A DNA stretch of 64,000 bases from Antechinus flavipes (Eukaryota). Location of the stretch: NCBI RefSeq assembly GCF_016432865.1, contig NC_067400.1, positions 629,238,001-629,302,000 on the forward strand. Reading direction: 5' to 3'. The notes beneath the pieces were generated by a model, which ran no database searches, was not told where the DNA came from, and was given only the letters and a program-made list of their open reading frames with translations. Of the stretch, positions 53,761 to 64,000 are shown piece after piece. Each line of letters opens with the position of its first letter. The first letter of the stretch is position 1. The position numbers and the translations under genes were made by a program.

Positions 53761-56289
53761 GGAGACCACCTTAGAGTCAAGGGTAGGCAGAAGTATGGAG
53801 GAGAGAGACAGGGATAGAGGGAAACTGGAGGGAGGGAGGGAGGGAGGATGGAAAAAAAGCAAAGGATGGAGGAGAGAGAAAGATGCATGGGGTGATACAG
53901 TGAAAAGAATGTAGAGCTGGAGATCGCAAAGAAAAGGCTGGGCAGAGAAAAACAAATCCGGATAGAGGGACGGAGGGGAGAAGAGGGACAGGAAGACATG
54001 GGGAGAACATAATGGACAGAGAGGGGGAAGGGCTGGGACGCAGGAGGACAACAAAGACACGGGCAAGGAGAGATGAAAGAAAGGGAAGCCAGAAGGATGG
54101 ACACAGACATGGAGGGAGACAGAGGCAGGGGAGAACTACAAAGTGACAAATGGGAGAGAAGAGGCAGAAGAGAAAATGGGGAGAGAGGCATGGAAGGGCA
54201 CGGAAATGGGGAGGAAAAGAAAAAGGAAAAAAGACAGTAATGGACAGAGAGAGATGGAGGGAGATGGCAGGAGAGCGCTGAAAAGAAAGTGAGAGGGAGG
54301 ATGGCAGAGAGCTGGAGAGGCACCATTCTAGAAACTCCGAGGTGGAGATCTGGTCCAGCTCACACCTAAAAAGCCCCACCTATAACAGAGGCAGCCCCGC
54401 TGGCTGTACGGCACCTACCATCTCCCAGGGCGATCCATTCCACTTTGGGACCGTTCTCATCCTTTTTCCTCACATTCACCCCCCCAAAAAAAACCACACC
54501 CCCGATCTACTTCTCTGTAACTGCCACCTGTTCCTCCAGATCTAATTTCCCCTCCACAGGGTACTTCTTCAAATACTGGAAGCTAGTGATCATGTCTCCC
54601 CAAGTCTTCTCTTCTCCAGGCTAAACGTGGGAGAGGAACACACAGAGAGGGCTAAAGACAGAGACGAGGAGCCGGAGGCCTGGAGAGGATCACAGAGAGG
54701 GACATGGAGATTCAGGGGCCTCAGAGGGATGAAGAGAGACGTGGAGATGGGAACAAAGGGTCGGAGACATCCCGAGAGGGATGGACAAAGGAACGGAGCA
54801 AGAGAGGGAGAGATAAAGGAACCGAGAACAGAGAGAGAAATGAGGCGGGGGAATGGGGAGAGAAAGAGAAAGGCAGAGGCAGAATTCAAAAGAAAATCAA
54901 AGGTACAAAAAGACGCAGAGATAAAGAAAGCCCAAGCACGGAAAGAGACAAAGAACGAGAGAGATGGAAACACAGAGAAATAGAGAAGTCAAGTGAGACA
55001 TAACGAAAAATGGAGGGATTATAAGACAGAGGAGGGCCTGGGAAGATGGGGTGGCCGTCAGAGGTGTGGAGTGGAGTGGAGACACGTGAAAGAAGGAAGA
55101 GAGACAGAGAAGTACAAAGGCAATCCCTGGATGCCGGAGAGACGGAGAGATGGGAACGGGGATGGCGAGAGGAAGGGGAACAAGGAAGGAGGGGGTGCAG
55201 GGCAGAAGGAGAGATTGAGGGAAGAAGGGACAGTATCAGAGAGAGATGGAAACAGTGACGGCGAGGGAGGAGGAGGGGGAGGGGAGGGAGAGGACAGAGT
55301 GTCTCTGTCCATCTTCCCGGTAACCTTGAGTTTGCCTCGACATTCCTCCCAGCTTCATCCTCAACGCGGGGCCCTTTGCCAACGTCTGTTGTTTCAATTT
55401 CCAGGATAGAGCTTGAGGCCCTTGCTGTTCACTCCCACGGTCCCTCCTTAAGTTCAGACCCTCCTCTTTTCCTGACTAAGTTATTGTAGTAGTCTCCTGA
55501 CCGGCCTCCCTGACTCCAGACTCCCCATCGCGCCTCCACAATCTTTCTGGGCTAACTCCCTCCCTCCCGCTCAGCTCACTTTCCCCTGTAGTCACTGACA
55601 AGATAAAGTGTGAGAAATGCTAGGGTTGCCCCGCCATCGAAGGCCCTGCAAAGTCTGCCCTCCATCTGCCTTCCCGTGTCCCCTCACCTCGCTCTTTTTC
55701 AGGCGGCCTGCGTTCTAGCCGTACTTTCCTCCACGGTCCTCTATAATTGCCAGCTTTTTTCTTATGTTGCTCCCTCGCCTCTGGAAGGATTTGGCTTCCC
55801 TCCTCTTTATCTAGAAGCCCCTTTATTCCTGGAAGGTTCAGCTCCATCGATCAATCAAGAGACATATCTTAAGTGCTTCCTATGTGCCGGGCACTGAGGA
55901 AAGAGACAAAAAATGGAAACTTGCTGCCCAAATGGACCACGGGATGGCGGCGAGGAGTGAGGAGAAGAGAACCGGCCGGCTTTTTCCTGAATCGGGAAAC
56001 ATCAAAGCACCAAAATGTACATAACTACCGATGCAAAATAAATGTCAAAATAAAATATCAAAAAAATAAAAATAGGAGGGTGGGATCGGGCGAGGTGGCT
56101 TGTAGCTTCTAAGGTGACTTAAGAGAAATTTGGAATTCTGAGAGTTGCTGGTAAGGAAAAAGAGCCTTCTAGGGATGGGTTACAGGTGTTCTGGAACCCG
56201 GGATGTATCTGAAGGGCCGGCACTTCCGGTGCAAAGTCTGTCCGGCCCTTTTCAGGCTTCTCCTCCACCACAGACGTCCACATGATTCA

Positions 56290-56750
56290 CCCAACTCTCT
56301 CCTGTGGTCCCTAGAAGCAGTAGTAGCCTGGGCAGTGGCCACACCTGGTAAATGTCTCATAGATGGGCTAAACCAGGTGGAGGGTGAACAACAGGCCTCA
56401 GACCCATCGGTGAGTTAGCGGGCCGTCTACCCCAACCCTCATCTTCCCGGGCACACGAGAACATTCTCTTCCGATGGCCACGGAGGAGACGCACGCAGAC
56501 ACCGCGGGGTGCTTAGGCTGGTCCACACGGCAACTCCAAAATCACCCAATGGATCTCGGGCCATCCCCCGTCATTAACTTTGACCCTGCCGTTGGACTTC
56601 GATCACCCTAGAAGAGGCGGTGAGACTGGCAACTTTGGGCAACTCTGCCTCCCTTAAATCCAACTCGGGAACAAGGTGAGACATCATTCCATGTTGGCAT
56701 TGGTCCTTTTCTACGAGGAAGGACAAACGACAGCTCGTGCAAAAGTGGAG
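56290..56750 (+). mobile_element. RTE-related SINE / non-autonomous element
   Basis: Same family as 6915-7365, opposite orientation. Confidence 0.6.
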
Positions 56751-57274
56751 AGATGGGAGATGGGATGTTGTGTTTGTTTAGTAAGTAGGTCAGGGCACAG
56801 AGGGGAACAACGGAAACTAAGCTGCAGGAAGTAGAAAGGCCAAACTGGGAAGAGTGGGTCATCCTGGAGACTTCCTACACTTCCTGAGCGAGGGAACAGG
56901 CCTCAGATTTAGGCTTTGAGCAAAATCTTCTCCTGGAAGAATACCACGGGCCCCTCCCCAACTAAAAGCGCTCCTCGGTTTCTCAGACGCAGCCCTTGGC
57001 CAGGAGCTCACGTATTCCCTCCATACCAGCTGCCTTCTCTTCCCCAGTAATAATAACTGACATCGATGGAGCGCTTGAAGCGGGCAAAGCAATACGTGGT
57101 ACATACACTACAATGAGATGCCAACTAGTCAGTTAATGAGAGGCCTGACATCTTTATCTCTTAAGAAGCTCCCATCAGCAGCGGGAGCAGTGTCCTCCTC
57201 CCCCCCCCGAACATCCGTGGTCCATCCGCAACAAGAACTGAAGAAAAACTAGACACAGTGAGAAAAAAGCTGAT

Positions 57275-57425
57275 CCTGGGGCCCCACTCTGGTGCAGTAG
57301 ATAGAGCACCCCTCTTCTTGCATTCAAATCTAGCCCCAGACACTTACTAGTTGTGTGACCCTGGGCAAACCACTTCCCCCTGTTGGCCTCAGTTTACTCA
57401 TCTGTCAAATAAGCCAGAGAAGGAA
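57275..57425 (+). mobile_element. tRNA-derived SINE (MIR/WSINE-like)
   Basis: A/B-box head (ggtgcagtagatagagcac...ttcaaatc) and CORE. Confidence 0.8.
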
Positions 57426-57529
57426 AAGGCAAAGTGCTGCAGTGTCCTGGTCAAGAAAACCTCAAGCGAAATCTTTAAGAGGCAGACATGACTGGAAAAC
57501 GACTGCAGCGTTATTGGGGGGGAGGGGGA

Positions 57530-57695
57530 TTCACGTACCTAAGAATTGCATGTGTTGTATGGGACTAACTGCCATCTGGGGGAGGGTTGGGGGGAAGGAG
57601 GGGAAAATTTGGAACAGAAGGTTTTGCAAGGGTCAATGTTGAAAAATTACTCACGCATATGTTTGGTAAATAAAAAGCTATTTAAAAAAAAAAGA
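57530..57695 (+). mobile_element. L1 3' terminal fragment with poly-A
   Basis: G-rich tract, AATAAA near 57669, A tail. Confidence 0.8.
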
Positions 57696-58907
57696 GTTGC
57701 ATGTGGTCTCTACAAAGGAAGAAAAAGATCTTCAATCCCTCAGCTGTGACTTAGATCTGCCCCACGGGCTCTCTGAGCTTCAACCAACTTTCCCTTCTAT
57801 ACCCGACTTCAGTGTCCCATCTCTTCTTATTCTGTTCATTTCTGTGGGTCTCCATCTCAGTCTCTCTCTCTCGGGCTCTTGATCTCTTAGAGATCTCTTT
57901 TCTCAGTTCCGATCTCTTACTTGGTCATTGCTGTCTCTGTCTCCCTCGCTGAGGGACGGTTGGAGATTGCCCGGGTTCCCGCCCCATCGGCCCGGGCCCG
58001 ACGATTTGCCCACAGTCACGCAGCTAGTGAGGATGGGTCAAGACTTTGGGAGGAGGGCTGCAGGCGGTGTTAGTGAGCCAGGTCTGAGGCCTTTCTGTTA
58101 CCCTCAGCCCGGTCTGGCCAGCCTGCGGAGGCCGTGCAGCCGGGTGTGCCCGCTGCACTTGCCTTAGCTTCTTGGCACTAGGGCCGCCAAAATAACCAGA
58201 GCAGGAGCAAGAGTGGGGACAAGAGTGAGAAGAGATCCCAAGAGCTGGAGAATGTCAGCAAATGGAGGCCCAGAGGTGGGGCCTCCAACGTAAACATAAT
58301 AATACATAAACACAGTAAACATAAACACATCTGCCTTTTAGTCCCTCTTCATCTGCTGGTAAAGGTGCCTCCAGGCCTTCCCCGGATTTCCCAAAAGGTA
58401 AATGGAGGGAGTTTGGGATGGCTAAGGGCAGAGGGCTCCAAATGGGCTGAACCTAATCATTTCCCCTTTTTTTCTTAATATTAATGAATAATTAGTAGCC
58501 CCGTTAATTTCTTAAAATAATAATAAAGATATGTGACTACAGTAGATCGGTCGCTTTTATCTAGTAAGTGAAAAAATTGTTTGCTAAAGAGTGGAAATAT
58601 CGGATCCCAAGATTTTCCCCTCCCTTTTCCTTTTTTCTCCAAGCTGCATTGATTTCATTCATGCAAAAGTTTAAAGTTCATGTAATCATTTTCTAGGAGT
58701 TGAGGGTTATCTTTGCATGTGTAAAGATAACAAGATAAGAGTGCTCAATTACATAGCACATTAAGGTGTGCAAGCACTTAAAACAGATATTATCTCATTT
58801 GATCCTCACATTAACCCTTATTGTGTTCATTTTGCAGATAAAGAAACTGAGGCCCGTAGAGGATAATGTTGTTCCCATGAATACAATTAATTAAAATAAA
58901 AAGAATT

Positions 58908-59047
58908 AGGGGCAGTTATGTGGCACAGTGGATAGAGGATCAGACTCAAAGTCAAGAGGATCTGAATTCAAATCCGACCTCAGACACGTAACACTTCCTG
59001 ATTGTGTGACCCTGGGCGAGTCACTATTGCCTCAGGGAAAAAAAAAA
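58908..59047 (+). mobile_element. tRNA-derived SINE with A tail
   Basis: ggggcagttatgtggcacagtggatagag...tgaattcaaatcc... Confidence 0.85.
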
Positions 59048-59179
59048 TATTTTCAAAAGTTCATGTAATCAAAATTAGGTCAAGTAAGAACACCTAGCCC
59101 TGGAGCTCTAAATTTTAACGACGTGAGCAATATTTCATTTTCTCCCCGATCCTCGGTAAGTTCAGAACCCTGCCCGAGT

Positions 59180-59330
59180 GAGTTTTATCTCGCTCTAAGC
59201 GGCTAATATGGCCGAGCAGGAAGCTTTCTGGTGTAGGCAGGCCGGAGGGAAACCAACGAAACCACAAAACTGGTGACGTAAGTGTAGAGCCACGTGTAGA
59301 CGACTCAGGTAATATATCCCTTCCCTCGCT
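59180..59330 (+). promoter_or_regulatory. Probable promoter / non-coding first exon of a gene divergent from BRSK1 (HSPBP1 expected by synteny)
   Basis: Local CpG enrichment, TGACGTAA near 59274, CACGTG near 59290, donor CAG|GTAATA near 59308. No HSPBP1 coding sequence recognised in the window. Confidence 0.4.
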
Positions 59331-60294
59331 GGATCATTAACATAGCGATACACTGTTTTCTTGTGGGCTTAAGGAAGGAGCTACAAGGAAATTGAGACAC
59401 TTTCATTAGATGATTAGAGGGGGTACTTACTAAGTCTACATACAGCCCACGGATCTTCCAACTTTTAACATAGTAACCAACGAGAAACCCAAGTAAATGC
59501 AGGCCGTGTACTAATAGAGTTCCCAGGGGAAAGGAATGGTAACAGTTACCATTCGTGTGTGCAAAGCGCTTTCCATTTGGTAACTGACTTGGTACTGACT
59601 ACCGGGTAGCTACAGGGCCCCTCTCGGAGCTAGAGTCTGAGGCAGGATTCTGCCTCGGAGATCCCTGCCTCTATTCCCGGGGTCAGCGAGCAGCCTGGTA
59701 CAGCAAAGAGCGGCCCCATCCAGCCCTTTCGATCTTGATCTCCATAGCAACTAAGGATCCAAATACAGATTGAAAAAAAAAAAAACTCTCAATACTCTGC
59801 ACCCCGGCTTGGGACAGGCTTGCTCAGTGAGTTGGGCCAGTTTTCAAGGAGCCAGGCTGGTAACCAAGAAATCATTGGATTTGCAATGAATTTCACCATA
59901 CTTCAGATGCTAGTTTAGGAAATAATAGGGGAAAATAGGTTTAGGAAAAAGAATAAGAGTGGCAGAAAAAGAGCTCCATTAAAGAAATATTTAAATGGCT
60001 AAAGACTGTCTAATCCTGCAATAGCCCTGAAGCTGTGAGCTAGGATGGTGGAAATCCCAGGAACTTTGAAATCCAACAGATGGAAGAGAGCCGCTCAGGG
60101 GAAGTACCTGGAAAGGGTGGCAGAGAGAGCAGCTCCCCCCAACTCTGCCCTCTACTGTTTTAACCCTCTTGAATCTTAAATTACTTAATATTCATATTAT
60201 TTTCTACAGAAATAATTCTCTGGGTATATCACAGAACACCACCACCCCCACCACTACACGGCCTGTGAGAATGGCAACTCCACCAAGGCAGAGA

Positions 60295-60790
60295 ATTTAT
60301 TTTTTATTATTATTATGGCTTTTTATTTACAAGATATCTGCATGGGTGATTTTTCAGCATTGACGATTGCCAAACCTTTTTTTCCAACTTTCCCTCCCTT
60401 CCCCCCATCCCCTCCCCCAGATGGCAGGATGACCAATACATGTTAAATATGTTAAAGTATAAATTAAATACAATATATGTATACATGTCCAGTTATTTTG
60501 CTGAGCAAGAAGAATCAGACTTTGAAATAGTGGACAATTAGCCTGTGAAGGAAATCAAAAATGCAGGTGGACAAAAATAGAGGGATTGGGAATGCTATGT
60601 AGTGGTTCACAGCCATCTCCCAGAGTTCTTTGCCTGGGTGTAGCTGGTTCAGTTCATTACTACTCCATTGGAACTGATTTGGTTCATCTCATTGCTGAGG
60701 ATGGCCACGTCCATCAGAAGTGATCATCCTATAGTCTTGTTGTTGAAGTATAGAATGATCTCCTGCTCCTGCTCATTTCACTCAGCATCA
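60295..60790 (-). mobile_element. L1 3' UTR fragment
   Basis: Reverse complement of the 23150-23630-type sequence. Confidence 0.85.
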
Positions 60791-60892
60791 GTTCATGGAA
60801 GTCTCTCCCAGCAGGCAGAGAATTTAGATTTTGACTCTGTTTCCCCAGTGTTTAGAAAATGCTTCATATACGGCAGATGCTCAGTAACTGCT

Positions 60893-61310
60893 TGTTGAGA
60901 GTAGCTAAGACGGCCTCAGAGAGCAAGATAATAAAGAAGACACTCGATGGAGTGAACAAGACCCCGGCAAAAGAATTCCCTGCTCGTAGGTGGGCCATAG
61001 GGAGGGGAACTGACAAGAGGGGATCTTTGGTGAATTTCTGGCTTGATCCCATAGTTACAAATACATATACATATACAATCAGGAGTCCACACTATAGCTC
61101 TCAACACCCTCTCCCTCCAGGTTATTACTTTCTGAGGCAAGCATACCTCACTAGGAGTCCTTTCCCATAAAAGGTCCCCCCTTCTCCTTTGTGAATTGTG
61201 ATTTCTGCAAGGGAACTTAGCCCCCCTCCCCTTATGGTGTCATAGTAAAGCTTTTGTCCCTTGACTTGAAGATGGCCTATGGATTCTTTCTGGATGATTC
61301 CCCACCTTCA
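60893..61310 (+). mobile_element. Putative solo LTR
   Basis: TG...CA boundaries with TATA-like and poly-A-like motifs; no TSD match. Confidence 0.35.
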
Positions 61311-62374
61311 TGACTTCTTATATCCCATCAATGCTATTAAAAAATGAGAAGAAAATGAGATCGAGTACTTTTCACAAACATGGCGATGGTGACTCCTTAA
61401 ATCAAAGGCATCAAGGGATAATGTTGTAAAAAAATTACCCTGGCATGGATTCTGTCAATATAAAGTAATTATTAAATAAAAAATAAAAAATAAATAATAA
61501 AAATAAATCAAAGGCATCCCCAAGGATGAAATACCTCATTTTAATTTTGCTGTTGAGTCGTGTCAATCACATCTGATTCTTTGTGACCCTGGTTTTTGAT
61601 TTTCTTGGCAAAAATACTAGAATGGTTTGCCATTTCCTTCTTCGGCTTATTTTACAAATGAGGCAAACAGAAGTAAGTGACAACTAGTAAGGGTCCTCAG
61701 GTCCTCCTAACTCCAGGACTTGGCGCTCGATCCACTGTGCAACCTAGCTGGACTAATTTTGATTATATGAACTTTAAAAGATTTAATGTGAGTGAAATCA
61801 ATTTAGCTTGGATAAAAAAAAGAAAAATGTAGGAAAAAAGATTGGCGCCCAATATACACAGGGAACTAAGAGATATGTTGTTCTCAAATGGGACAGAGGT
61901 CAGGGTAGGAACAAGTAATCCCGGAAAGCAACAGCAACCAAAAAGAGCTATTTGGAGAGGAAGTGAAAGCTAAGCCAAGGAGGGGAAGGCCCTTTGTTTC
62001 AAGCTGGCTGGGAGGACAATACCAGACAGAAGGTAGAGCTGCTCCATTTTCATTGTTTCTGTTTAGCCCTCAAAGAACATGGACTCCTGTACTGGACATG
62101 GGAGAACACGAGACTGACAGATTTGCTCCCTAAAATAACAAGATAACAGCGCTCTATTACTTAGCCCATTAACATATGCAAACACTCAGACAAATATTGT
62201 CTCATTTGATCCTCACATTAACCCTTATCGTCTCCATTTTGCAGATAAAAAAACTGAGGCGGATAGAGGTTAAGCGACTTTCTGGATTTGAATTCAGGTC
62301 TTCCCGACCTCAGCCTGATGCTCTACTACCTTGCCGATCTAGATGAGCTCTCCTCCCCTTGCCCAGATGGACTA

Positions 62375-63420
62375 TGGGTCCTGAAAGAATTGCCAATGTC
62401 AGTGATAGCCGAAAGATAATGGAAAGCAACACTGGAGAAAAGCAAACATCGTCCTGACTATAGACAAAGAGAAGAGAACCGTTTGTAAACTCTAAGTCCG
62501 AAAGCTTTACTTCCAGTCCTGAAGTAATTTCTGGAACAGATCAGTGAAGAAGCTGGCGATGACCTAGAAAAGGAAGTGATGGTTCCAAAGAGCCAGTCTG
62601 ACTTCATCCAGCAAGGTTATCCTAGACCAATCTCATCGCTTTTTTTGACAAGATTACTAAGCTAGTTGTTATTGAGCCATTTGGTATTTGTATCTGACTC
62701 CTTGTGATCCCCTTTGGCGTTGTTTTGGCAGAGATAATAGATTGGTTTGGCCTTTTCCTTCTCCAGCTCATTTTACAGATGAGGAAACTGAGACAAAGAG
62801 GGTAAAGCGACTTACCCAGGCTCACACAGCTACAAGTGTCCGAGACCAGATTTGAACTCAGGGAGATGAGTCCTCCCGACTCCAGGCCCAGTACTCTATT
62901 GTTCCACTTACTTGCCCTAACCTAGTAGTGAGAGAATGCTGTAGATAAGAGTTTCCCTGGATTTCTGTGATTTTGGGTAATTTGATCATTTATCTTATAT
63001 TTATTTAATTATCTTATAATTAATATAATTAATTAATAAGATAATAATCTTATATTCTTCTTGTGTAGAAGACAGAACAATTCAGATCAGGGGATGGATA
63101 ATAGAATTAGGTTGATTCAGGTAGTCAGACTCAAAGAGTAGCCATTATTGGTTGAGAGTTAATGTGGCAGGAAGGTCTCCACTGAAGGGTCCAGGAATCT
63201 TCACTTGGTTGAGTAGTTTAGTCACTGATTTGAATAAAGGAACAAAGGCACCAATGGCATGGTAATCACATTTGCACATGCCACAGAGCTGTCAAGGAAA
63301 ACTAATGTACCTGAGGAAAAAGATCACCTTCCAGATCGGAAGGAGTTTGGTTAGCTAGTAATTGCTCTGAAAAAGATCCGAGGGCTGTAGTGGACCACAA
63401 GCACAATTCACCCAGTAGCA
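62375..63420 (+). mobile_element. L3/CR1 LINE fragment interrupted by a minus-strand SINE (~62667-62915)
   Basis: CR1 RT-like gccagtctgacttcatc...accaatctcatcgctttttttgacaagattact resumes as gaatgctgtagataagagtttccctggattt after the SINE. Confidence 0.65.
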
Positions 63421-63449
63421 AGGGGAACCAAAAAAAAGATCAAAAACAT

Positions 63450-63900
63450 TTTTTTTTATTAAAGCTTTTTTATTTTCAAAACATACATGGATGATTTTCA
63501 ACCTTCGTCCTTGCCAAACCTTGTTTTCCAAATTTTCCCTCGCTTCTTCTCACACCCTTTCTTAGATGGCAAACAAGCCGATCGACATTAAACACGTGCA
63601 ATTCTCCTCTACACATCTCCACAATTTTCTTGTTTCACAAGAAAAATCAGATCAAAAAGGGGGAAAATGAGAAAGGAAAAAAAGCAAGTGAACAACAAAA
63701 AGAGTGAGAATGCGATATCGCGGTCCACACTCAGTTCCCACAATCCTCTCTCTGGGAGCAGAAGGCTTTCTCGATCACAGGACCATTGGAACCGGCCTGA
63801 ATCACCTGCATGTTGAAAAGAGCCTCGTCCATCAGGATTGATCTTCCTTTAATCTTGTTGTTGCCGGTCCATAGACTTTTTTGAGGGAGCGGTGAGGGGG
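63450..63900 (-). mobile_element. L1 3' UTR fragment
   Basis: T-rich tail at ~63449 and antisense L1 3' UTR motifs. Confidence 0.75.
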
Positions 63901-64000
63901 CCTTCATCCTTCTCCAGGTCCCTCTCCTGCCTCTCCAAACTTCTTTCTCCATCATGTCCCCCTCACAACGGGGTCACGTGGCTAGACTCCCAGTCTTCCA

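Noticed and set aside
59330-64000. HSPBP1 coding exons expected by synteny
   Set aside because: No HSPBP1-like peptide found; the region is mostly retroelement fragments.

Overview
Eukaryotic, intron-containing mammalian DNA. Marsupial origin is inferred from the L1 3' ends, RTE-related elements and WSINE/CORE-type SINEs. The gene order matches the human 19q13.4 block. From left to right: a large Ser/Pro/Lys-rich repeat exon (+, possibly GARIN5B/FAM71E2 by synteny only); an AT-rich repeat zone with LTR-like, L1, RTE and SINE pieces and an RPL32 retropseudogene; then COX6B2 (+), KMT5C (-), TMEM150B (+) and BRSK1 (-); and a probable divergent promoter near 59.3 kb (HSPBP1 expected by synteny, no coding sequence seen). 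All four complete genes were walked by hand through GT-AG boundaries with consistent phases. The top observation is a 1,766-bp tandem duplication of BRSK1 exons 12-14. The module is phase 1-1 (603 nt, 201 codons), all splice sites are intact, and the 4 exonic differences between copies are all synonymous, predicting a possible 984-aa BRSK1. It lies beside N-runs, so a haplotype or assembly artefact is not excluded. Other signals: a U12-type intron in TMEM150B, a triplicated RFX X-box unit in BRSK1 intron 18, nine same-strand CCAAT boxes upstream of KMT5C, a poly-Arg upstream ORF over the BRSK1 start, a strong-context uORF over the KMT5C start, an identical 82-bp inverted SINE pair, a perfect 40-bp inverted repeat, and many intronic minisatellites. 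Most ORFs in the supplied track are GC-rich or repeat artefacts. No database searches were run.
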